NCBI GenBank assembly: GCA_964455155.1
Contig: CAYVYH010000001.1
Location: forward strand, 1 to 60,352
From: an uncultured Cytophagales bacterium
GTDB lineage: Bacteria; Bacteroidota; Bacteroidia; Cytophagales; Amoebophilaceae
Length of the DNA: 60,352 bases
Direction: 5' to 3'
The notes under the pieces are model-generated. The model was not told the origin of the DNA, did not search any database, and saw only the letters and a program-made list of their open reading frames with translations. This document shows, piece after piece, positions 39,405 through 48,942 of this stretch. The translations under genes were made by a program, and so were the position numbers. Within the stretch, counting starts at the first letter, position 1, and every line of letters begins with the position of its first letter.

Positions 39405-40415
39405 ATGATTACGCTACAACACAAAGATTTGCTCGATGCAGGCGTTCACTTTGGCCATTTGACCAGCAAGTGGCATCCCAACATGGCGCCCTTTATCTTC
39501 ATGGAGCGCAATGGTATACATATTATTGACCTTAACAAGACTCTCCTGCAGCTCCAGGAAGCGACACATGCTCTCAAGGCTGTTGCAAGTGCTGGCAAGA
39601 GGATCTTATTTGTGGCGACAAAAAAACAAGCCAAAGGGGTAGTTGAGCAAGAGGCAAAACGGCTCGGTATGCCTTACGTCACAGAGAGATGGCTAGGAGG
39701 TACGCTGACTAACTTTGCAACGATCCGAAAGTTGCTGAAGAAGATGGCTTCATTTGATAAGTTGATGAAAGACACGGCTTACCAGAACCTGGCCAAAAAA
39801 GAGCAGCTGATGATTGCCCGAGAGAAGGGAAAGCTGGAGCGACTGTTGCAGGGTATTGCCGATACAACTAGACTGCCTGCTGCGCTTTTTATCGTGGATA
39901 TCAAGAAGGAGCGTATTGCCGTCAAGGAAGCACAAAAGCTTGGTATTCCTGTGTTTGCGATTACAGATACCAATACAAATCCCGAGTGGGTCGACTACCC
40001 TATCCCCAGCAATGACGATGCTTCACGTTCTGTGGAACTGATTGTTAGAGCTGTTGGTAGTGCCATTGAAGAAGGTCTGGAAGAACGACAAAAAAACAAA
40101 GAGGCGGATACCCTGGAGCAAAAAGCGACAGCCAGCAGGAGCTCTAGGGAGAGGAACGTTGAGAAGGTTATTTCTTCAGAAACTGTAGTACAGAAAGCAC
40201 GTACGGCAAGTAATACTGCCAAACCAGCGATCAGGGTCACTAGGCAGGCTGCGGCCCAGCGGCCTGCGGAAGTAGAAGAACCCGTCAATGCGAAGGAGGA
40301 GTCGCAACCCAATAAGGAAAATGCAGTAGTCTTGGACTCAAAAAAGCCTACGACTAAAGCTAGCAAAGCAACCAAGATGGCGGTTGTTACACAAGAAGAG
40401 GTTAACCAAGTGTAG
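39405..40415 (+). CDS. rpsB: 30S ribosomal protein S2 with a long C-terminal extension
   Basis: LLDAGVHFGH, ILFVATKKQA and PVFAITDTNTNP. ATG 39405. The roughly 100 C-terminal residues are low-complexity (K/E/A/T-rich). Confidence 0.95.
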   Translation: MITLQHKDLLDAGVHFGHLTSKWHPNMAPFIFMERNGIHIIDLNKTLLQLQEATHALKAVASAGKRILFVATKKQAKGVVEQEAKRLGMPYVTERWLGGTLTNFATIRKLLKKMASFDKLMKDTAYQNLAKKEQLMIAREKGKLERLLQGIADTTRLPAALFIVDIKKERIAVKEAQKLGIPVFAITDTNTNPEWVDYPIPSNDDASRSVELIVRAVGSAIEEGLEERQKNKEADTLEQKATASRSSRERNVEKVISSETVVQKARTASNTAKPAIRVTRQAAAQRPAEVEEPVNAKEESQPNKENAVVLDSKKPTTKASKATKMAVVTQEEVNQV

Positions 40416-40442
40416 ATTCCTAATTAACCACACAATCTGTTC

Positions 40443-41282
40443 ATGATCACCGCACAAGATATTAACCAACTGAGACAGCAAACAGGAGCTGGCATGATGG
40501 ATTGCAAACAAGCCCTCACAGCGGCAGGGGGCGATTTTGAGCAAGCCATCGACATACTGAGAAAAAAAGGCCAAAAAGTATCGGCCTCACGAGCTGACAG
40601 GGCCACCACCGAGGGCATTGTGCTCACTAAAACAGATACCGCGCATAGCTACGGTGTGATGCTTGCACTAAGTTGTGAGACAGACTTTGTAGCCAAGAAC
40701 GAAACTTTTCAACAACTGGGTAGCGCTATTTTAGAGGCCTCTTTTACACACAGGCCTGCCACACTCGACACACTCTTAAGCCTTGCCACTGAGGATGGAC
40801 TCTCTATACAAGAAAAAATTACAGAGTTGGTAGGGAAAATTGGTGAAAAGGTGACCATTAGTGCTTACACTACCCTAAGCTGTGAAACTGTAGTGCCCTA
40901 TATACATATGGGCAATAGGCTGGGTGTCTTGGTAGGCCTTAGAGGTGGTCATGACTCACCGCGAGTGATGGAAGCTGGAAAAGATATAGCTATGCAAATT
41001 GCTGCTATGAATCCTCTTGCTGTTAATAAAGACAGCATAAGCGTCGAGATCGTCAATAGAGAACTCACTATTGCTAAAGAACAGGCACGCAATGAAGGAA
41101 AGCCTGACAGCATGCTTGATAAAATTGCACAAGGTAGGCTTGACAAGTTTTTCAAAGAAAATACCTTGTTACATCAGTCTTTCGTCAAAAATAATAGTCT
41201 TACCGTTGCACAATATCTGGAGAGTGTATTGCCAGGCTTGACTGTGGTAGCTTTCGAAAGAGTATCGGTCACAGGCGCGTAG
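40443..41282 (+). CDS. tsf: translation elongation factor Ts
   Basis: UBA-like N-terminus ITAQDINQLRQQTGAGMMDCKQAL and the dimerisation core. 279 aa. Confidence 0.95.
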   Translation: MITAQDINQLRQQTGAGMMDCKQALTAAGGDFEQAIDILRKKGQKVSASRADRATTEGIVLTKTDTAHSYGVMLALSCETDFVAKNETFQQLGSAILEASFTHRPATLDTLLSLATEDGLSIQEKITELVGKIGEKVTISAYTTLSCETVVPYIHMGNRLGVLVGLRGGHDSPRVMEAGKDIAMQIAAMNPLAVNKDSISVEIVNRELTIAKEQARNEGKPDSMLDKIAQGRLDKFFKENTLLHQSFVKNNSLTVAQYLESVLPGLTVVAFERVSVTGA

Positions 41283-41314
41283 ATACTTTTAGAAAAGCAG
41301 TATATTGCATTGTT

Positions 41315-42607
41315 TTATGCTGTGTGCATGAGTTCTTCAATCTCTTCTACTTCGATAGGTGTGCTCGCCATAAGATCTTCTAGGCCCTCCTCCCTCACCA
41401 CGAAGTTATTCTCTAGCCTCATACCAAGGTTTTCTTCGCGAATGTAGATACCGGGCTCAATAGTCAAGACCATGCCTGGCTCAAGGTTGTTGTGTACATC
41501 CCAGACATCATGGGTGTCTAAGCCAATATGATGTGAGATACCGTGCATAAAGTACTTTTTATAAGCGGGGTGCTTTGGATTTTGATTTCTAATATCTGTA
41601 TGGTCTAGTAATCCTAAGCCCAGCAGTTCCCGCTCCACCACATTTCCTATTTGTTGGTCATAGGTGACCAGGTCATTGCTCGAAACAAGTAGCTGTTGTG
41701 CTTGACGCATCACACGCAATACAGCTTCATACACAGTACGTTGACGTTTTGTGAATCGTCCGTTAACAGGTATTACCCGAGTGAGGTCTGATTTGTAGTT
41801 GGCATACTCTGCACCTACGTCCAACAAAATGGTATCTCCAGCTTGGCAAGGTTGATCGTTAGAGGTATAATGAAGTACGCAAGCATTGGCACCTGAAGCC
41901 ACAATGGGATCATAGGAAAAGCCTTTAGAGCCGTGGCGGACAAATTCTCCTATCAATACTGCTTCTAGCTCATACTCCATAATGCCCGGACTTACGCACG
42001 ACAACATCTTCCTGAAGCCCTTCTCAGTAATGCTACAGGCTTTTTTCATCAAGTCAATTTCTGATTCTGACTTGATGCTTCTGAGGTGCTGCATGATAGG
42101 CGCTAGGCGATTATATCTGTGCAATGGATACTTTTGCTTACACCATTCCGCAAATCGTACATCGCGTGTCTGCACCGCTAGTGCAGCTCTGGGATGTTCA
42201 TTGGTGTTCAGGTAAACATGCTCAACCTGTCCCATCAAAGTATGAAGTATATCGGAAAAAGTATCGAGCCAATGAATGTGGGCAATACCAGAAATATCAC
42301 TGGCAACTTCTTTGGTATACTTCTGCCCTTCCCATACCATGATGTGTGCGTTGGTTTCTTTGACAAATAGTAGCTCTTGCCATGCTTTTTGGGGAGCATC
42401 TGGGTATAGCATCAAGATAGTTTCTTCTTGGTCGATCCCAGACAAATAGAATAAGTCGCTATTCTGTCGAAATGGCATGGTGCCATCGCCATTGGTGGGC
42501 ATGAGATCGTTGGAATTGAGCACTACGAGCGAGTTAGGCCTCAAGTGCTGTGTCAATTTTTTCCTATTGGCAACAAAAAGGCTGGGGTCAATCTGTTTAT
42601 AACGCAT
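41315..42607 (-). CDS. Xaa-Pro aminopeptidase (M24B)
   Basis: Creatinase/AMP_N N-domain plus M24 metal ligands: DVGAEYANYKSDLTR, HGISHHIGLDTHD, LTIEPGIY and RLENNFVV. Confidence 0.9.
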   Translation of the reverse strand: MRYKQIDPSLFVANRKKLTQHLRPNSLVVLNSNDLMPTNGDGTMPFRQNSDLFYLSGIDQEETILMLYPDAPQKAWQELLFVKETNAHIMVWEGQKYTKEVASDISGIAHIHWLDTFSDILHTLMGQVEHVYLNTNEHPRAALAVQTRDVRFAEWCKQKYPLHRYNRLAPIMQHLRSIKSESEIDLMKKACSITEKGFRKMLSCVSPGIMEYELEAVLIGEFVRHGSKGFSYDPIVASGANACVLHYTSNDQPCQAGDTILLDVGAEYANYKSDLTRVIPVNGRFTKRQRTVYEAVLRVMRQAQQLLVSSNDLVTYDQQIGNVVERELLGLGLLDHTDIRNQNPKHPAYKKYFMHGISHHIGLDTHDVWDVHNNLEPGMVLTIEPGIYIREENLGMRLENNFVVREEGLEDLMASTPIEVEEIEELMHTA

Positions 42608-42705
42608 TGTTTTTTGACTGCTAAAGTAGCTTCCTAGTCGGGCGAATACCCCCTTATCTCAATACTATTTTCCTCCCTTACCTGTAATATGTTAATTTCG
42701 CACTT

Positions 42706-44442
42706 ATGAAGAGCTTTTTGGTTTCTGCTAGAAAGTATCGCCCTACTACTTTCAACGATGTAGTAGGACAGCATCATGTTGCTACCACAATAAAAAATGC
42801 TATCAGGGATAGCCACTTGGCGCAGGCTTTCTTGTTTTGTGGCCCCAGAGGAGTAGGGAAAACAACGTGTGCCCGCATTTTAGCCAAAACTATTAATTGC
42901 CAGCGCGTCACGGCAGATATAGAACCCTGTAATACTTGCATCTCTTGTACTAGCTTCCATCATCATAGTTCCTTCAATATTTATGAACTTGATGCCGCTT
43001 CCAATAATTCTGTAGAAGACATCCGTTCCCTAGTGGAGCAGGCTCGCTATTCACCACAAGCGGGACAATACAAAGTCTACATCATTGATGAGGTACACAT
43101 GCTTTCTAATGCTGCGTTCAACGCTTTTTTAAAGACATTGGAAGAGCCTCCTAGCTACGCCATTTTTATCCTGGCCACTACAGAGAAACAAAAAATTATT
43201 CCCACTATTCTCTCTCGGTGTCAGATATTTGACTTCCATCGGATACAGCCCCAGGACATCGTACAACAATTAAAGCATATCGCTCGGCGAGAAGGTATTA
43301 TATACGAAGAAGAAGCACTGCATCTGATAAGTCAGAAATCCGATGGCGCGCTGCGAGACGCCCTTTCTATTTTTGACTTAATCACCACTTTTACATCGGG
43401 AAAGGGAGTCACCACCCAGGCGGTACTGGAGCACCTCCATATTCTAGACCACGCGTACTATCTCAAAATTACAGATGCTTGCCTACAATGCAACCCTGGC
43501 GCAGCTTTACTAAGCTATGACGATATTCTCAAGAAGGGATTAGACGGGCAACACTTCATCACTGGCCTAAGCGAGCATTTCCGCAACTTGATGATGAGCC
43601 AGAATGCCTCCACACTACCACTGTTAGCAGTATCAGATGATGTGAAGAAGCAGTACCAGATCCAAGCAGCACAAGCGAGCTCACGCTTCTTATTTAGAGC
43701 TCTTCATATTACCAACCAGTGCGACTTACATTATAAAAACAGCACTAACAAACGGCTGCATGTAGAGATGGCCCTAATAGAACTAGCCTATATTCAGGAA
43801 CCCAGCCAATCGGTAGAAACTACCGAGAACGAACATACACGCACACATAGTAATCCTCTAATCCCTGCACTTGTAGCCAATTCTGCTCCAGTGACGTCTC
43901 ACAACAAGCATATAGAGATACATCACAACGAAGGTAGTAGCACGCCTGCTCGCACTATTCAAAAAGTGCATGCTTTCAAGGCTACAACGAAGCTTCCTCA
44001 AATTGATCAGCTCAAAAAAAGTCTTAGTCAGCAAGAGGAAACACCCTGTTTACAGCCCTCTGAAAGCATTGTAGCACAACTTCCTGTAACACAAGAAGCA
44101 GTACGTCAATACTGGAACGCTTATGCTGATAAGCTCAAGTCAGCTGGAAAAATGTCAGAGTATAGTCTACTGAATCAGGAGATTGTCTTAGAGGGTACCA
44201 CAATCGTAGTGAAACTGGTGAATGTAGTGCAGCAAGACATCTTGGCAGGCATCAAAGAGGAACTGATGGCGTATTTGCGCCAAATCTCACGATGTCCGGC
44301 TCTTGATCTTCGGGGTGTCATGGCATTGCCAGAAAAAAATACCAAGCCCTACACAGCGCAAGAAAAGTTCAAGTATTTGGCAGAAAAATATCCCGATGTA
44401 TATATCCTGCAAGAGAAATTATCGCTAGAGGTACAAGATTAG
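42706..44442 (+). CDS. dnaX: DNA polymerase III subunit gamma/tau
   Basis: RPTTFNDVVGQ, Walker A GPRGVGKTT, a Zn module CQRVTADIEPCNTCISC, IIDEVHML and SRCQIFDF. Confidence 0.95.
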   Translation: MKSFLVSARKYRPTTFNDVVGQHHVATTIKNAIRDSHLAQAFLFCGPRGVGKTTCARILAKTINCQRVTADIEPCNTCISCTSFHHHSSFNIYELDAASNNSVEDIRSLVEQARYSPQAGQYKVYIIDEVHMLSNAAFNAFLKTLEEPPSYAIFILATTEKQKIIPTILSRCQIFDFHRIQPQDIVQQLKHIARREGIIYEEEALHLISQKSDGALRDALSIFDLITTFTSGKGVTTQAVLEHLHILDHAYYLKITDACLQCNPGAALLSYDDILKKGLDGQHFITGLSEHFRNLMMSQNASTLPLLAVSDDVKKQYQIQAAQASSRFLFRALHITNQCDLHYKNSTNKRLHVEMALIELAYIQEPSQSVETTENEHTRTHSNPLIPALVANSAPVTSHNKHIEIHHNEGSSTPARTIQKVHAFKATTKLPQIDQLKKSLSQQEETPCLQPSESIVAQLPVTQEAVRQYWNAYADKLKSAGKMSEYSLLNQEIVLEGTTIVVKLVNVVQQDILAGIKEELMAYLRQISRCPALDLRGVMALPEKNTKPYTAQEKFKYLAEKYPDVYILQEKLSLEVQD

Positions 44443-44466
44443 ACATTTAGCATGCTAGTGAGTGTA

Positions 44467-45795
44467 TTACCTACTTTTACCTAGGTGGTTGGGCAAATAC
44501 TCATAAGCAATAGGGATCTTCGCCGGCCTGATAAAGCGGAGCCATAGTACCCTGCCGGGCTGCAGGTTTGCTTCCCTGCGCAGTCTGTTCTTTAACAGCA
44601 ACGCCTTTTTCGTAATTCCATACTGCTGCGCAATGCTCCACCAGGTTTCACCTGTTCGAACAATATGATAGTGAACACCTGCTTTGTTACGTTTGGGTCT
44701 ATAGTAATATACTTGTCCAGGTGTCACCGGTTGACCATTGGAAAGCTCATTAAACGTGATAAATTGTTTCAAGGAAATATTCCCTGCTTTAGCTAACGAT
44801 GCTGAGTGATCTCCTGCTGAGGCCACTACACCGACGATGTTATTGATGATAGTAATCTTGGTGTTACATCTTTTATTTTTTCGGACGGTAATTACGGGAA
44901 ATGCTGTTGCTTTTCCCCAGTACTTAGCGTAGTCTATGCCGTTCTCTGTTGACACACCTTTTTTTCGTGACTTAGCGTGGTATGCATACTGGTGGTGGGT
45001 CATCGGAACAACAGCAGAGCAGGTGGTATATTGTGGTATGCGATGGTGCTTGAGCCACTTGTTATAATCTTGAATTTTCTTCTCATCCACGCCTACCTCT
45101 TTTGCAACTTCTCTTAAAGTCTTCCCATGTACTTCCCGGTGTTCGTGTAAGTGGAGCTCAGGGTGACGGTCTTTACCAAGTACTGGCTCAAAAGCGACTT
45201 TGTAAGCCAAGAAGTGAATGATATACAGGTGAGCATTTTGCTCTATTAGCATTTTTTTAGCGCCCAGATAGCACTTTTTAATAAATTTCCTGGCTCCTCC
45301 CCTACCTTCATTATAAGCTAGCAAAGCGTACAGCCAGTTATTGAATTCTTGGTTGTTTTGTTTTAGATATTTCGCAGCAGCGCGGGTTGCCGCGGCAATA
45401 TGCATTCGTTCATCTATGTGTTGATCTATTTTCAAGCCTACTTCTCTAGCTGCTGGCTCTTTAAATTGCCAAAAGCCCACAGCATTGGCACTAGAAACGG
45501 CATCTGAAATGAGTGCACTCTCTTGTATAACGAGATACCTAAAGTCCTTAGGTAAATTTTCTTCTTTGATGACTCTTTCTATGATGGGTAAGAAGAGGTT
45601 GGCACGCTCAAGAAGCTCCTGGAAGTGTTTTTTACTTTTCGTAAGGCTATTTACTTTTTCTTGAATCTGGATCTTTGCATCCTTAGTGATCTGTAGTGTC
45701 ATGCCTGCAAAAGATATTTTGGAGGGCACCTTCGGAGTAGTACCGCTGGCTTGTACATGGAATACAATACAAAGGAGGAATAGGCAACGTTTCAT
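44467..45795 (-). CDS. lytic transglycosylase (SLT/MltD-like) with C-terminal LysM domains
   Basis: Signal peptide, then an SLT core IQESALISDAVSSANAVGFWQF...AYNEG. At least two LysM-like segments (e.g. YHIVRTGETWWSIAQQYGI). Confidence 0.85.
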   Translation of the reverse strand: MKRCLFLLCIVFHVQASGTTPKVPSKISFAGMTLQITKDAKIQIQEKVNSLTKSKKHFQELLERANLFLPIIERVIKEENLPKDFRYLVIQESALISDAVSSANAVGFWQFKEPAAREVGLKIDQHIDERMHIAAATRAAAKYLKQNNQEFNNWLYALLAYNEGRGGARKFIKKCYLGAKKMLIEQNAHLYIIHFLAYKVAFEPVLGKDRHPELHLHEHREVHGKTLREVAKEVGVDEKKIQDYNKWLKHHRIPQYTTCSAVVPMTHHQYAYHAKSRKKGVSTENGIDYAKYWGKATAFPVITVRKNKRCNTKITIINNIVGVVASAGDHSASLAKAGNISLKQFITFNELSNGQPVTPGQVYYYRPKRNKAGVHYHIVRTGETWWSIAQQYGITKKALLLKNRLRREANLQPGRVLWLRFIRPAKIPIAYEYLPNHLGKSR

Positions 45796-46427
45796 TTTTT
45801 TCTTAGAATCATAAGCCCATCTCTAATAGGAAGTAGTACGTTGGCTACGCGCTGATCACGATGTACCTGAGCATTAAAATTCACAATAGCTTGCGTCCTT
45901 CTGTCTACAGGGTAGTCCAATACTTTACCTCCCCAAAGGCAATTGTCAACAATGATAAAGCCACCTGGTCTGACACGATCAAAGACTAAATTATAGTAGC
46001 ATTGATAATTTTTTTTGTCTGCATCAATGAAGACCAGGTCAAAGATCTCATCAAGTTGTGGAATCACATCGACTGCTTGCCCAATGTGGTACTTGACTTG
46101 GTGATCCACACCAGCTTGTGCAAAATAACCCCTCACTTGCGTTTCTAAGGTGGCATTTTTATCAATCGTATGAAGAGTCCCCCCCAACTGCAGGCCTTCT
46201 GCTAAGCACAACGCCGAGTAGCCCGTGTAAGTACCTATTTCAAGAATACTGGTAGGTTGAAGCATGTGAGAAAAAGTAGCCAGCAAGCGCCCCTGCAAAT
46301 GCCCAGAGAGCATTTGAGGCATAGGAACTTGGGCGTATGTATCTCGATGTATTTGTGCTAGTAGCAAAGACTCTGCTTCGGTATGATGCTCAACATAAGC
46401 CTGCATCGTGCTATCAGGGTGCTCCAT
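45792..46427 (-). CDS. class I SAM-dependent O-methyltransferase (caffeoyl-CoA OMT / YrrM-like family)
   Basis: ILEIGTYTGYSALCLA (SAM motif I), DLVFIDADKKNY and GGFIIVDN. ATGA overlap with the downstream MltD-like gene. Confidence 0.85.
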   Translation of the reverse strand: MEHPDSTMQAYVEHHTEAESLLLAQIHRDTYAQVPMPQMLSGHLQGRLLATFSHMLQPTSILEIGTYTGYSALCLAEGLQLGGTLHTIDKNATLETQVRGYFAQAGVDHQVKYHIGQAVDVIPQLDEIFDLVFIDADKKNYQCYYNLVFDRVRPGGFIIVDNCLWGGKVLDYPVDRRTQAIVNFNAQVHRDQRVANVLLPIRDGLMILRKK

Positions 46428-46487
46428 TACGTCTAATTTTGCGAGAAAATCACATTTATTGCCCCAATGATAAGCGGCTTAGCCAGG

Positions 46488-47879
46488 TTATTTTTTCAGT
46501 AACGACAGTTTGTTATGTGGTTCAAGGAGTCTGTTATGTAGTAATATAAGTCCCTTAGTGTTGTCCAACATTGAGCAGGTGATATTGCCGTATTCTTTGC
46601 CAAGAGCAAGTGGCATAATAACTGTTTTTCCCAGAATAACCTTCCCCGCTGTGCCAGTCGAACTTTGGGTGCGTAGGCTCCATAAGTTATTATACACATA
46701 TACTTTACCTTCTTTTTCTCCCAGGTACAGCATAATATGGCCAGGCTTATAAAGCAAAGAAAAGTAAGGGATACCTTGCTCTTTGATCTCTTTTTCTTTT
46801 TGATTGTTGTTAAGTCCATCAAGGGAGACAAAAGTGCCGGCTTTAAGTTGTGCACTCGAATTCCTGGGCAACCATATACCAAATGGAACGTATAAGTCTT
46901 TCAGTGTAGCTGAACAGTCTCGGTGTCCGTCTGTACCTCCCCATCCATAAGGCTTTCCCAGTAAATTATTGGCTATTCGAGCCATGTTGTTGGGTGTTGC
47001 TAAGAGCGGCATTACGGTTGTGTTTTTGGTACATACAGTACTGACTTTGATGGCTGCATACCCTTCTAGATTAGCAACTACGGTAAGGACGGCGTAGTGG
47101 TCTGTACTATCTTGCTTTCGTGCTAGTGGCATGAGTTGGCCTATCCGGGCAAGCGGCGCCAGGGTATTGCCTGCTACGGGCACGTCATCGCACACGGGCG
47201 TTACATACTGCCCAGTTTTCCACTGGGCAATGAACTCAGGTGTAGTATAAGCGATTGCGTCCCTCTGTACCCAACCGTAGGTATGGCTGCCGGTGACTAC
47301 AAAGTTCCAAGCCCTGTCTTGACTCGTGTGGAGCACGTACACAGGCTCATTTGGAGCGAGCAACGATTCTTGCCAGTCGTCAAAAAAGGGGATTTCTTCA
47401 GGGCTGGAAAAAGAAGGATCGCTGCAGGGAAAAATCCTGAGATCTGTATTACGTGTTACCACGGCCGGTTGCTGGAGATTAGGAAAAGAAGCCAACATCA
47501 TGTTGTTGCTGATTGCCGTGATAAAATCCGTAGTATGTGGCTGTCTGTTGAGATCCCAACCAGGCTCTTGGAAACATTTTTTCACGTTATTTTTCTCTTG
47601 CTCACAAAGCTCTGCTGGACTAAAAGACAAGAAAGGATTCTCCCAGGGCGAGAAATAATAAGACAAAAAATTCTCCATGACCTGGGTGGCATCATACGCC
47701 ACCCAGGGCTGGTCCGCCTGATGAACGTCCCGAATAAAATCGGTACAATCTTGAGAGAATATTTTGTTAAGTTTTTCGCTCAGATTCGCATTGTCAGCTA
47801 CTACACAACCCCAGAAGGGTATACTGAACAGTGCGCAACATATGGCTTTAAGAGTGTTTGTAACCATGTTAGTTAGCAT
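46488..47879 (-). CDS. NlpC/P60 (C40) cell-wall peptidase with N-terminal SH3b-like domains (YkfC-like architecture)
   Basis: Signal/lipobox-like FWGC. C-terminal P60 core GKPYGWGGTDGHRDCSATLKDLY (catalytic Cys) and KPGHIMLYLG (His). Confidence 0.8.
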   Translation of the reverse strand: MLTNMVTNTLKAICCALFSIPFWGCVVADNANLSEKLNKIFSQDCTDFIRDVHQADQPWVAYDATQVMENFLSYYFSPWENPFLSFSPAELCEQEKNNVKKCFQEPGWDLNRQPHTTDFITAISNNMMLASFPNLQQPAVVTRNTDLRIFPCSDPSFSSPEEIPFFDDWQESLLAPNEPVYVLHTSQDRAWNFVVTGSHTYGWVQRDAIAYTTPEFIAQWKTGQYVTPVCDDVPVAGNTLAPLARIGQLMPLARKQDSTDHYAVLTVVANLEGYAAIKVSTVCTKNTTVMPLLATPNNMARIANNLLGKPYGWGGTDGHRDCSATLKDLYVPFGIWLPRNSSAQLKAGTFVSLDGLNNNQKEKEIKEQGIPYFSLLYKPGHIMLYLGEKEGKVYVYNNLWSLRTQSSTGTAGKVILGKTVIMPLALGKEYGNITCSMLDNTKGLILLHNRLLEPHNKLSLLKK

Positions 47880-47981
47880 TGATAGTAGGTTAAGAAGGAG
47901 TCAGTAGTGCGTTTTTAAGTAACTAAATGCATATACACAAGCTCAAAATAACATTTCCGTATGAATAAATGTTAAATGGCA

Positions 47982-48863
47982 TTACAAAATATTCTGCAAC
48001 TGTTCTTTAATCTTCTCCAGTGCCTCTTTCATAAGGACCACTTCCTTCTGGATGGCTGCATCGTTGGCTTTAGCCCCAATGGTATTGATCTCTCGCCCTA
48101 TCTCTTGAGCAATGAAGCCTAACTTTTTCCCTACTTCTTGGGTACTCCTCATGACCTCCTCCAAGTAAGATAGATGCTGTGCTAACCTTACTTGCTCCTC
48201 AGTCAAGTCTAGTCGCTCCAGATAATGAATCAATTCTTGCTCCAGCCGGTTTTCATCCATAGCATGGGCAGCCATCCAAGTTTGGAGACTTGCTTGAAGT
48301 TTTTCTCGGACGGTCTTGCTACGTATTGGAGCCAAATTTTCTACCCTCTTTAGTCTGTCATGAATATCCCGTAGGTAATCTAACAGATTGTTAGCCAACA
48401 CAGTACCTTCTGTCTGTCTACTCTGGTCACACTGTTGTAGGGCATCCTGGATAACTTTTTCAAGAATCTGGAGGTCTTCTGCGTAATCAACACGCCGATC
48501 GCTTTGCGTCATGACGTCAGGAAATTGTACAGCCAACTGAAAAAGCGCTGGGGATGAGGCGTCTACTGCTTCTGCTAGGGATTGTAGCGCGTAGTAATAG
48601 TGCTTGAATAGGTCTTGGTTGACTTGTATTGGGGGTGAGATAGCATCATGCTTATGTTCATAGGCCAGAGACAGCGTTATCCTCCCCCGCTTGAGACAGG
48701 CTATAACTAAGTTGCGCCATACCAGCTCTTGTGCCGCAAACGCTTTGGGTAACTGCAAGTTTATATCAGCATACTTGGCATTGATAGACTTAATTTCTAC
48801 GCTCACGCGTAGTCGTTCGTCTTCATAATCAGCCTTTCCGTAACCCGTCATTGATTTAAGCAT
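47982..48863 (-). CDS. YicC-family stress-induced protein
   Basis: Starts MLKSMTGYGKA; C-terminal DUF1732-like EIGREINTIGAKAND. 293 aa. Confidence 0.9.
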   Translation of the reverse strand: MLKSMTGYGKADYEDERLRVSVEIKSINAKYADINLQLPKAFAAQELVWRNLVIACLKRGRITLSLAYEHKHDAISPPIQVNQDLFKHYYYALQSLAEAVDASSPALFQLAVQFPDVMTQSDRRVDYAEDLQILEKVIQDALQQCDQSRQTEGTVLANNLLDYLRDIHDRLKRVENLAPIRSKTVREKLQASLQTWMAAHAMDENRLEQELIHYLERLDLTEEQVRLAQHLSYLEEVMRSTQEVGKKLGFIAQEIGREINTIGAKANDAAIQKEVVLMKEALEKIKEQLQNIL

Positions 48864-48942
48864 ACATATGTATTTGCGATGTTACACCATGTTTCGAACG
48901 TCAGGCGCCTGTACACAATACCTCAAAGACTCACTAGTGAGC

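Noticed and set aside
39995-40375. 126-aa ORF antisense to the rpsB 3' region.
   Set aside because: It mirrors the low-complexity S2 tail, and its Ala/Leu/Ser-rich product has no features. It is an artefact of compositional bias.
47136-47876. 246-aa ORF antisense to the NlpC/P60 gene, with a nested 110-aa ORF 47326..47658.
   Set aside because: The minus-strand frame carries the SH3b/P60 catalytic motifs. The plus-strand product has no recognisable features and lies wholly inside that gene.
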